Source of the DNA: Deltaproteobacteria bacterium
GTDB lineage: Bacteria > Desulfobacterota > Syntrophia > Syntrophales > Fen-1087
Assembly: GCA_026388595.1 (NCBI GenBank)
Contig: JAPLJM010000045.1
Location: 1 to 45,740 of the forward strand
Direction of reading: 5' to 3'
Length of the DNA: 45,740 nt
Under the pieces are notes generated by a model, which was not told where the DNA came from, made no database searches, and saw only the letters and a list, made by a program, of their open reading frames with translations. Positions within the stretch are counted from its first letter, which is position 1, and every line of letters begins with the position of its first letter. A program made the translations under genes and the position numbers. This document shows, piece after piece, positions 36,354-44,483 of the stretch.

Positions 36354-38687
36354 TTATTTCAAACGCCATACCATTCCATCAGGGGTATCGGAAACCTCTA
36401 TACCCAAAACCAAGAGCCTGTCTCGGATATCATCCGATGCATTCCACTGACCGGCCCGTCTCAGGGCTTCTCTTTCCTGAAGAAGTTTCGAGACCTCCTC
36501 ACTGATGATCTCTTCCCTAAAATTCATCACCCCGAGAACACTATCCATTTTTTTCATGATCGCGAGGATGTTGTCTCTCTCTCTTTCACTCAACTGGGAT
36601 CGGGACAGGGGAATGCTGATTTTTTTCACAAATTCAAAAAGTGAAGCCAAGGCGTTTGAAATATTCAGATCGTCATCCATGGCATTGATGAAGGACTGAT
36701 TCACATCATAGATGCACTGGTCCGTGTCTGGAAAGCCATTTCCGGGGTGATAGCGGATCAATCTCTGAATGAAACCATTTAACTTGCGCACCGTATTTTT
36801 TGCCGTGTCCAAAGCACCAAAAGTAAAGTTCAGAGGCTTGCGATAATGGGCACTCAGCAGAAAAAAGCGGATCTCCGGACCGTGATATCCCCGCATCTCC
36901 AAATCATCTATCGTGAGCACGTTATTGAGGGAACGGGACATTTTCTTGCCGTCGATCATCAGCAGTTCTGTGTTCAGCCAGTAATTGGCCATCCTTTTCC
37001 CCGATACAGCCTTCCCAATCGCCATGACGTTTTCACAGTGGGGGAAAACAATATCCGCACCGCTGGCATGAATATCAAACGTCTCTCCAAGATATTTCAG
37101 GGAAATGGCAGCGCATTCCAGATGCCAACTGGGCCGGACATTGCCCCAGCGGGTTTTGAAATAAATGCCCCGCTTTAATTCATTGAGGGTTGATCTTTTC
37201 AGGAGGGTGAAATCAACAGGGCTGTCTTTCTCATAATCATCCTGGTCAACGGTTCTGTCCTGTTTCATTTTGCCGAGATCGACGCGGGACAGACAACCGT
37301 AGTCATCCAGCTTGGAGATATCAAAATAGACTGAACGCAGTTTTTCGTAAGCATAACCCCGCTCCATGAGCTTTTCGACATATTTGAGCATGTCCTCCAC
37401 ATGCTCACTGGCCTTTGGATAATCTTGATCCTTTTTTATGTTCAACTTATCGATATCTTGAAGAAATGCAGCCATACTCCCTTCAGTAAAGGCACGGAGC
37501 TCCATCCCCGCAAGCTCAGCCCCTTTGATGGAACGGTCCGCCAGATCAACGATATTCATCACATGCTGGACGATGTATCCCTTAAATTCAAAATACCGCC
37601 GAATCATGTCGGAAATAATGAAACGCCGGTAGCTGCCAATGTGTGGCACCACATGAACCGTTGGTCCGCAGGAGTGGATGCGAACCTTTTCGGCATTGAT
37701 GGGTTTAAAAAAGGTCTTTTCCCGTGTCAGGGTATTGTAGAGACGCAGGGTCGTTTGGGCCTTGTCCGTAAAAAGTTCCGTACTGAGATACCGCTCACCG
37801 CTGTCCGGGCAGATGACGACAATCAGGCCTTCTTCCAGCTCCTTAGCCTTTTGCAAGGCCACATGCATGGCCGCACCAGAGCTCATTCCCACCAGAGTGC
37901 CCTCTTCCCGGGCCATGCGCCGGGCCATTTCAAAAGCATCCTCATCGAGAATATTTATTTTTTCATCCAGACGGCTCCGGTCATAAATCCCAGGCTGGTA
38001 AGATTCTTTCATGTTTTTGAGGCCTTGAATCTTGTGCTGAAGATAGGGCTCTACCCCGATGATCGTAATCTGCGAATTCAATTCTTTGAGCCGCTTGGAA
38101 AGCCCCATCGCTGTGCCCGTCGTCCCCAGAGCCGCCACCACCATGGTCACCTGCCCATCGGTTTGGCGCCAGACCTCTTCCGCCGTTCCATAATAATGGG
38201 CAGCAATGTTGTCTGCATTATTGAATTGATCGGTGCCGAAATATTTACCCGGATGCTCGCGCATCAGACCATAGGCCATTTCGATTGCACCATCGGTCCC
38301 CTGAGCGGCCGGTGTGAAATATAATTCGGCGCCCATGGCTTTCAGTATTTTTTTCCGTTCCTCACTGGCGGCTTCCGATAGGGTCAGGCACAGCCGGTAA
38401 CCCTTGGCCGCGGCAATAAGGGCAAGCCCAATCCCGGTATTCCCGCTGGTGGCTTCAAGGATGATCTTTTCCTTCGTCAGTTCACCCCGTTTTTCCGCAC
38501 CTTCAATCATAAAAAGCGCCACCCTGTCCTTGATGGAGCCGCCGGGATTGAAACTCTCCAGTTTGGCAAATACCTTGACTTTTGGATTTGGATTCAACCT
38601 TGAAATTTCAATCAGGGGGGTATTGCCGATTGTACTTAAGATGCTTCCAGAAAACGTTTTCAAAAGTTCTTCCTTATTCGGATCCAA
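36354..38687 (-). CDS. fusion protein: N-terminal PLP-dependent cysteine synthase (CysK/CysM-like, ~300 aa) joined to a full-length cysteinyl-tRNA-synthetase-like module (~470 aa)
   Basis: Single 777-aa ORF. N-terminal part: IGNTPLIEI, PLP-Lys NPGGSIKDR, TSGNTGIGLA. C-terminal part: LRLYNTLTREKTFFKP, CGPTVHVVPHIGSYRRF, SWHLECAAI, DIHASGADIVFPHCENV, KMSRSLNN, and a C-terminal GIEVSDTPDGMVWRLK that matches the CysRS end. The start is either the TTG at 38687 or, with the better SD AAGGAAG, the TTG at 38663. Confidence 0.85.
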   Translation of the reverse strand: MDPNKEELLKTFSGSILSTIGNTPLIEISRLNPNPKVKVFAKLESFNPGGSIKDRVALFMIEGAEKRGELTKEKIILEATSGNTGIGLALIAAAKGYRLCLTLSEAASEERKKILKAMGAELYFTPAAQGTDGAIEMAYGLMREHPGKYFGTDQFNNADNIAAHYYGTAEEVWRQTDGQVTMVVAALGTTGTAMGLSKRLKELNSQITIIGVEPYLQHKIQGLKNMKESYQPGIYDRSRLDEKINILDEDAFEMARRMAREEGTLVGMSSGAAMHVALQKAKELEEGLIVVICPDSGERYLSTELFTDKAQTTLRLYNTLTREKTFFKPINAEKVRIHSCGPTVHVVPHIGSYRRFIISDMIRRYFEFKGYIVQHVMNIVDLADRSIKGAELAGMELRAFTEGSMAAFLQDIDKLNIKKDQDYPKASEHVEDMLKYVEKLMERGYAYEKLRSVYFDISKLDDYGCLSRVDLGKMKQDRTVDQDDYEKDSPVDFTLLKRSTLNELKRGIYFKTRWGNVRPSWHLECAAISLKYLGETFDIHASGADIVFPHCENVMAIGKAVSGKRMANYWLNTELLMIDGKKMSRSLNNVLTIDDLEMRGYHGPEIRFFLLSAHYRKPLNFTFGALDTAKNTVRKLNGFIQRLIRYHPGNGFPDTDQCIYDVNQSFINAMDDDLNISNALASLFEFVKKISIPLSRSQLSERERDNILAIMKKMDSVLGVMNFREEIISEEVSKLLQEREALRRAGQWNASDDIRDRLLVLGIEVSDTPDGMVWRLK

Positions 38688-38729
38688 TACAATCAGAGAT
38701 TAAGAAATACGAAAAAAGATCCATCGATT

Positions 38730-39146
38730 TCAGCTATCAAGTTTCATGATCGGAATCTTGAAGAACTGGATCCCCTCCTCGTGGAGCATTTCCTCTTCCT
38801 GGTGGGTCGTGGTCCCTTTGATATTGCGGGCCGCTTCTTCGCCATGATGGATTTTCATCGCCACCTCGGTAAACGTTTCGCCCACATCATCAAAATTCTT
38901 TTCAAGATACTCATTAAACAATTGCATCATCTTCAGAGGGGCGAGCTCCCTGGTTTGTTTTTTTTCTGATGTTTTCAGATCCCGTCCCATAATGGCCAGT
39001 GTCGAGGGAACAATTTCAGCACCCGCTTCCCCGCAAACGGGGCAAGTAATAAGATCCCTTTCTTTCTGCTCTTCAAAAGCCGTCCTGTCCTTGAACCAGC
39101 CCTCAAACTTGTGATTTTTCTTACATTTGAGATCGTAGATGATCAC
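38730..39146 (-). CDS. zinc-ribbon protein resembling the DUF1178 family
   Basis: VIIYDLKCKKNHKFEGWFKDRTAFEEQKERDLITCPVCGE. Preferred start is the GTG at 39146, 11 nt after GGAGG. The track ORF extends to 39212. Confidence 0.6.
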   Translation of the reverse strand: MIIYDLKCKKNHKFEGWFKDRTAFEEQKERDLITCPVCGEAGAEIVPSTLAIMGRDLKTSEKKQTRELAPLKMMQLFNEYLEKNFDDVGETFTEVAMKIHHGEEAARNIKGTTTHQEEEMLHEEGIQFFKIPIMKLDS

Positions 39147-39233
39147 TGGATCTTGCGCCTCCGACTTTTTTCTTGATCTAACCTTAAAATAATGATGGAC
39201 AATTAAACACAACTTTTATATGGTGGTCGGTGT

Positions 39234-39310
39234 CGGGATGTGGCCCAGCCTGGTAGGGCACTGCGTTCGGGACGCAGGAGTCGCGCGTTCAAATCGCGCC
39301 ATCCCGACCA
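39234..39310 (+). tRNA. tRNA-Pro (anticodon CGG)
   Basis: CGGGATGTGGCCCAGCCTGGTAGGGCACTGCGTTCGGGACGCAGGAGTCGCGCGTTCAAATCGCGCCATCCCGACCA forms a hand-folded cloverleaf with CCA encoded. It is the only complete plus-strand gene in the window. Confidence 0.93.
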
Positions 39311-39330
39311 TTATATATTTTTGCCCGTCA

Positions 39331-40545
39331 TTAGCCGCCCACGACCGACGCCATCTTGAAGATGGGTAAGTACATGGCAATGATCATGCCGCCCACGACC
39401 CCCCCAAGAAACACCATCATAAACGGCTCCAGCAGTGCCGTCATGGCATCCACCGCGGCATCCACTTCATCATCATAAAAGTCCGCAATCTTCGCAAGCA
39501 TGGTATCGAGAGCGCCTGTTGCCTCGCCCACGGCAATCATCTGGACCACCATGGCCGGGAAAATGCCTGCCTCCGTCAAGGGCTCTGCGATGGTCTTTCC
39601 TTCGCTGATACTTTTTCTTACTTTCATCAATGCGTTTTCAATGATTTTATTTCCCGCCGTTTTGCTGACGATGGCCAGACCGTCCAGGATGGGAACGCCG
39701 CTGGACATCATGGTAGCCATGGTGCGGGTGAATTTTGACACGGCGACTTTTTTCAAAAGCGGACCAAAGACGGGGGACTTTAAAATCAGATCGTCAATGA
39801 TAAGCGTTCCTTTTTCCGTCTTGTAGAACCGTTTGAAGGCAACAAAAGCAACTATGACAACCGCAATAGCCACAAGAAAATATTGCTGAGCCCATGAGCT
39901 TAAATTGACCAAAAACTGCGTGGGGCCGGGCAATTCTCCACCCATGCCTTCAAACATCTTCTGGAAAACCGGGATGACCTTGAGGAGCAACAGCGACACA
40001 ACACCGACGGAGATGACGAGCACGCTGGCCGGGTAGGTCATGGCGCCCTTGACCTTGCTTTTCAATTTCATGGCCTTTTCCATATAGCTGGAAAGGCGCT
40101 GAAGGATGACATCAAGGATACCCCCGCTTTCACCTGCGGCCACCAGATTGACAAAGAGGTCGTCAAAAACTTTGGGGTACTTTTTCAGGGCGTCCGAGAG
40201 GGTGGACCCCCCTTCGATGTCCTCCTTGATGGAGTTGATAATCTTGGCAAACGTCTTGTTTTGTTCCTGCTGCGCCAGCAGTTCAAGACACTGAATCAGC
40301 GGGAGTCCTGCATTGATCATGGTGGCAAAAATCCGGGCAAAGATGACCACGTTTTTCTCTTTCACGCCCGGTTTAAGAAAGGGAAGATACTCCGCCAACT
40401 CTTTCGGTTTTCGCTTAATATTGATCGATTTGAGTCCCTGTCTGCGAAGAACACCGCGCAAGGCCGCATCGTTGGCGGCTTCCATCTCCCCCTTTTTGAT
40501 CTCGCCCTTTCGGGTTTGGGCTTCCCATACAAATACCGGCATCAT
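39331..40545 (-). CDS. pilC: type IV pilus / type II secretion platform protein (PilC/GspF family)
   Basis: 404 aa. Two T2SSF repeats (FARIFATMINAGLPLIQCLELL and FTRTMATMMSSGVPILDGLAIV) and 3 TM segments. C-terminus MYLPIFKM. Confidence 0.9.
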   Translation of the reverse strand: MMPVFVWEAQTRKGEIKKGEMEAANDAALRGVLRRQGLKSINIKRKPKELAEYLPFLKPGVKEKNVVIFARIFATMINAGLPLIQCLELLAQQEQNKTFAKIINSIKEDIEGGSTLSDALKKYPKVFDDLFVNLVAAGESGGILDVILQRLSSYMEKAMKLKSKVKGAMTYPASVLVISVGVVSLLLLKVIPVFQKMFEGMGGELPGPTQFLVNLSSWAQQYFLVAIAVVIVAFVAFKRFYKTEKGTLIIDDLILKSPVFGPLLKKVAVSKFTRTMATMMSSGVPILDGLAIVSKTAGNKIIENALMKVRKSISEGKTIAEPLTEAGIFPAMVVQMIAVGEATGALDTMLAKIADFYDDEVDAAVDAMTALLEPFMMVFLGGVVGGMIIAMYLPIFKMASVVGG

Positions 40546-41292
40546 TCAGCTCCTTGGCGTATTGGCCCATTTCCGGACAATGTCATTCAGAAAGATCCCT
40601 GCGGCTACGGAAACATTCAGTGAATCGATCTTACCGCGCATAGGAATGGACAAAAGAAAATCACACTGCTTCCGAACCAGCGGCCTTAGGCCATGGCCTT
40701 CAGAACCCATGACCAGACCGACATGTCCCTGGTAAGCCACATCGTACATATTTTGACCTGCATCGGCATCGGCGCCATAGATCCAGAACCCTTGTTTTTT
40801 CAAATCATCCATCGCCCTGGATAGATTCGTAACGCAGACAACTGGCGTCAGCAGAGCCGCACCTGCAGACGCTTTGATCACAGCCGCGGTAACCGTAGCA
40901 GTCCGGTGAGCGGGAATCACAACCCCATTTGCACCGTGACAGTGGGCCGTTCTGATCAAAGCCCCCAGATTTTGCGGGTCTGTAATACCATCCAGGAGAA
41001 GGATCAAATGACAGGCAGATGCCGGATGGCGGTTCTCCAACAATTGATCCAGATCCGCATAGACAAAAGACGGATAAAAGCCGATGATTCCCTGATGCAC
41101 ACCCCCGCCCGCCAGGTTTTCGATCTCGCGATTTGCCTTGATTGTGACGGGAATGTTCTTTGCGTCAGCAAGGTTCAGGATCGAATGCAGCGCTTCCTTC
41201 GTCGTCCTTTTCGCAACGGCTATTTTCACAAGCCGGCAAGGCTCTGCCCTCAGTGCTTCCGCAAGCGGATTAATTCCGTAAATGATCTCCAT
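40546..41292 (-). CDS. rlmB: 23S rRNA (guanosine-2'-O)-methyltransferase, SpoU/TrmH family (RlmB-like)
   Basis: MEIIYGINPLAEAL ... ILLLDGITDPQNLGALIRTA ... LVMGSEGHGLR ... IPMRGKIDSLNVSVAAGI. Start is the ATG at 41292. The track ORF start 41379 overlaps pyrF. Confidence 0.8.
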   Translation of the reverse strand: MEIIYGINPLAEALRAEPCRLVKIAVAKRTTKEALHSILNLADAKNIPVTIKANREIENLAGGGVHQGIIGFYPSFVYADLDQLLENRHPASACHLILLLDGITDPQNLGALIRTAHCHGANGVVIPAHRTATVTAAVIKASAGAALLTPVVCVTNLSRAMDDLKKQGFWIYGADADAGQNMYDVAYQGHVGLVMGSEGHGLRPLVRKQCDFLLSIPMRGKIDSLNVSVAAGIFLNDIVRKWANTPRS

Positions 41293-41320
41293 TGCACGAT
41301 CCCGGTTAAGGCATTCCTTT

Positions 41321-42091
41321 TCAGCGCCCCCGCCTCCGGAGACCTGCTGAAATCTCTTCGATGATTTGCTCCGCAGCAAAAATCGGATCTTCGGCCATGC
41401 GGATGGGTCGGCCGATCACCAGATAATCAGCCCCTCTGCGAATCGCTTCCATGGGGGTCAGCGTCCTTTTTTGGTCGTCGCCCTGCACGGCATCAGTCCC
41501 CCTAATGCCGGGGGTGACAATCAGGAAATCCGGACCGCAAGCTTCCCGGATGGGAGAAACATCTTGCGCGGAGGCCACAACACCGGTCAAACCGGCGTCC
41601 TGCGCCATTTTAGACAAGGTCAGGACCAGCGCTTCTGTAGAACAATGAAACCCCAGCCCGCGGAGATCTTCGTCATTCAGGCTGGTCAGCACGGTTACCG
41701 CCAGAATGACAGGCATGGGATTCTGCATCGCCTCCGAAGTTCTCCGGACGGTCGCAACGGTCTCCTCCATCATTTTTTTCCCGCCCAGAGCATGGAGGTT
41801 GAACATGGAAACATCCAGTTTGACAGCGCCTTCCGCCGCCCTGGCAACCGTGTTGGGAATATCATGAAACTTCAGGTCCAGAAATACCTTGCCGCCTCGA
41901 TCGCGGATCTGCCGGACGATCTCAGGCCCGTAAAGGGTAAACGACTCCTTCCCGACCTTGAACAGTCCGACGTGCCCCTGCAAGCGGTCAACCCAGGCCA
42001 GTGCCTCCGGGAGACCTGCTCCGATATCCAGGGCGAAAATCAGTCGGTCGATCGCCCTTTCTCTCAGATCCCTATTCTGTATATTCTTCAT
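41321..42091 (-). CDS. pyrF: orotidine 5'-phosphate decarboxylase
   Basis: LIFALDIG ... [10 protein letters not shown] ... [14 protein letters not shown] ... Probable start is the ATG at 42091 (MKNIQNRDL), which overlaps the rpoZ end by 20 nt. Confidence 0.9.
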   Translation of the reverse strand: MKNIQNRDLRERAIDRLIFALDIGAGLPEALAWVDRLQGHVGLFKVGKESFTLYGPEIVRQIRDRGGKVFLDLKFHDIPNTVARAAEGAVKLDVSMFNLHALGGKKMMEETVATVRRTSEAMQNPMPVILAVTVLTSLNDEDLRGLGFHCSTEALVLTLSKMAQDAGLTGVVASAQDVSPIREACGPDFLIVTPGIRGTDAVQGDDQKRTLTPMEAIRRGADYLVIGRPIRMAEDPIFAAEQIIEEISAGLRRRGR

Positions 42092-42344
42092 CACCAATAT
42101 ATTCTGTCTCATCCCCCATCGGAAGGTACATGTCCCGGACGCCCACCAGGTATTCCGGATGGGCATGCGTGACCTTTCCTGCAGCAATTTCCCGGAGGGC
42201 AGCAACGATTTCCCGGTTATTTTTTATGTCCGTCAGGGGTTGCGAGCCCTTTAAAAGGTGCTTGGCGCGCTTTGCTGTCAGCATCACGAGCGCAAAGCGA
42301 TTCGCAGAGTGCCGTAACGCATCTTCCACAGTAATTCTTGCCAT
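42072..42344 (-). CDS. rpoZ: DNA-directed RNA polymerase subunit omega
   Basis: 90 aa; [33 protein letters not shown]. Confidence 0.93.
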   Translation of the reverse strand: MARITVEDALRHSANRFALVMLTAKRAKHLLKGSQPLTDIKNNREIVAALREIAAGKVTHAHPEYLVGVRDMYLPMGDETEYIGDEEYTE

Positions 42345-42420
42345 ATCGTTTTATTCCTCCATCAAGTTACAACTTTTATTAATCATTCAGTCAAGCAGCG
42401 CCCCACAGGACGAACCGCCA

Positions 42421-43065
42421 TCATTCAAAAAAAGGTCCTATCTTCTCCGTCAACCTCTCCCGCCGGCTTTTCTCTGCAATATAGATGGACCTGAGGCAAT
42501 CGGTGGCGTCCTGAAGATCTTCATTGATAATAACATAATCATACCACACAATCTCTTTAATTTCATCCATCGCCTTGCCAAGTCGTTTTTGCACGACCTC
42601 CGGGATCTCGCCGCGTCTGTTTAGTCTGGATTTCAAAGCCTCAAGGGATGGAGGGAGGATAAACACAAAAACGCCACCCGGGCAACTCTTTTTCAGGGCC
42701 TTTGCCCCCACAGGTTCGATGTCCAGCAAGAGGTCGCCGCCGCTGCCGAGAACATCCTGCATGATCTCTTTGGACGTCCCGTAATAATGGCCGTAATTTT
42801 CAACCCATTCAACAAAGGTCCCTTTCCGGATCTGCTCCCGGAAGGCCTCCTCAGAGACAAAGAAATAGTCCACACCCTCTTTTTCACCAGGGCGGGGCGG
42901 TCTCGTTGTAGAGGAAGCCGAAAAACGGATATTCGGGCACAGTTTAAGGAATTCACGGCAGATGGATGTCTTTCCTGTCCCCGACGGCGCCGAGACCACC
43001 ATGAACAGAGCAGCGTTTACCCGATGAGATGCTCCCCCGGTTTGCTGTTTTTTAAATTCATTCAA
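42421..43065 (-). CDS. gmk: guanylate kinase
   Basis: 214 aa; P-loop SAPSGTGKTSI, TTRPPRPGEKEGVDYFFV, YYGTSK. Confidence 0.95.
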   Translation of the reverse strand: MNEFKKQQTGGASHRVNAALFMVVSAPSGTGKTSICREFLKLCPNIRFSASSTTRPPRPGEKEGVDYFFVSEEAFREQIRKGTFVEWVENYGHYYGTSKEIMQDVLGSGGDLLLDIEPVGAKALKKSCPGGVFVFILPPSLEALKSRLNRRGEIPEVVQKRLGKAMDEIKEIVWYDYVIINEDLQDATDCLRSIYIAEKSRRERLTEKIGPFFE

Positions 43066-43942
43066 GATTCTGTACCTGTTCTCTCAGTTTTGCCAATTCA
43101 CTTTTTATTTCTATGACTTGTCTTGATATATCGGCATCACTGCTCTTTGAACCGATGGTATTCACCTCCCGGTTCATTTCCTGGATCAGGAAATCGACTT
43201 TTCTGCCAATGGCTTCATCACTATGCAACATTTCCAGAAACTGCCCGATATGGCTCCGGAAACGGACAATCTCCTCCGTAATATCACTTTTTTCAGCAAA
43301 AATAGCAACTTCCTGACTTAAGCGGGCCTCATCAACCACCAGGCCGCTGCTCAGTTCCCGGATCCGTTCAGTCAGGCGTTTCTGATATTCCGAAACGACC
43401 TGCGGCGCCTTTACTTCAATCCTGTTGATCAGTTGCGCCATCAGATCAAGGCGGGCCAGCAGATCCTGTGAAAGGATTTCCCCTTCCCGTCGCCTCATGT
43501 CCATCATACCGGCAATCGCTTCTTCCAGAACCACCGACAAACCCTGCCAGAGTGTTGTCATGTCCTGCGGCGACTCCACGGGCAGAAAGATATCCTTCTG
43601 GCCCGCAATCATCCCCAGTTTGATGTCATCCTGGAGGTTCAGGGATTGCTTCAATTGCGTGAACAGGTCAAAATAATTCCGGGCCAGTGGCAGATTTAAT
43701 GCCAGGTAGTGGGCATTTTCGGCGCTGGCATTGGCATCCCTGCGGATGGTTACGTCGATTTTACCGCGAATCAGCGGTTCCCCGATCTTTTTTTTGATCT
43801 CTATTTCAAGTGCGGACAGAGAGGCAGGAAGCCTCAGAGAAATTTCCAGAAAGCGATGGTTAAGAGATTTTATCTCTACGATATATTTTTGATCATCTAA
43901 GACGGCCTCGGCACGGCCATAACCTGTCATACTATGTACCAT
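43058..43942 (-). CDS. yicC: YicC-family stress-induced protein (endoribonuclease YicC)
   Basis: 294 aa; MVHSMTGYGRAE ... SLNHRFLE ... C-terminal KSELAKLREQVQNLE. Confidence 0.9.
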   Translation of the reverse strand: MVHSMTGYGRAEAVLDDQKYIVEIKSLNHRFLEISLRLPASLSALEIEIKKKIGEPLIRGKIDVTIRRDANASAENAHYLALNLPLARNYFDLFTQLKQSLNLQDDIKLGMIAGQKDIFLPVESPQDMTTLWQGLSVVLEEAIAGMMDMRRREGEILSQDLLARLDLMAQLINRIEVKAPQVVSEYQKRLTERIRELSSGLVVDEARLSQEVAIFAEKSDITEEIVRFRSHIGQFLEMLHSDEAIGRKVDFLIQEMNREVNTIGSKSSDADISRQVIEIKSELAKLREQVQNLE

Positions 43943-44483
43943 TTGAATTATCCTTTGAAGCTGTCTTCAATGCCTGCAGATATTGCTTGCGAATTTTATT
44001 CAGCAGGGACATCACTTCCTGTCCCGCATAATCGGGATAGGTCCAGGGGAGGGCCTGGAACGTTCCCTCCGTGAAAATCAGCGTCAGGTCGGCATAAATA
44101 CCATCCCGAAGATAGGGGCGATGCGTATACCCCTTCCCCGTCGCCAGAATCAAGTGTGCGGGGGATATATATCCCGGATCAATATTGATCTGCCTGCGCC
44201 CGTCACTGGAAAATCGATCCTCAAGGCGGTTGGTCAGCAGTTTGACGTCGGGAAGGGATTCGGGGTGGATGAGCTTGTCAAAACTGACCATGCGCCGGAT
44301 CAAAGATCTTCCCATCTCTTTTTCATAATAATTCGTGTAGTCAAAGGGCATCTCTGCACTGATCAAGTCGGGCCGGCCGAAATTCGCCGTCAGGATTTGC
44401 ATTGCCTCAGGGAGAATGCCTCCCCTTGCCGTGATGATGCTCATGACAAGCTTGACCGCCTCTGCCTGTCGCGGTTTGCTCAT
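43932..44483 (-). CDS. conserved hypothetical protein (resembles the DUF4416 family)
   Basis: 183-aa ORF with no recognisable catalytic motif. INIDPGYISPAHLILATGKGYTHRPYLRDGIYADLTL matches my memory of DUF4416. Its start overlaps the upstream kinase stop (ATGA). Confidence 0.55.
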   Translation of the reverse strand: MSKPRQAEAVKLVMSIITARGGILPEAMQILTANFGRPDLISAEMPFDYTNYYEKEMGRSLIRRMVSFDKLIHPESLPDVKLLTNRLEDRFSSDGRRQINIDPGYISPAHLILATGKGYTHRPYLRDGIYADLTLIFTEGTFQALPWTYPDYAGQEVMSLLNKIRKQYLQALKTASKDNSNGT

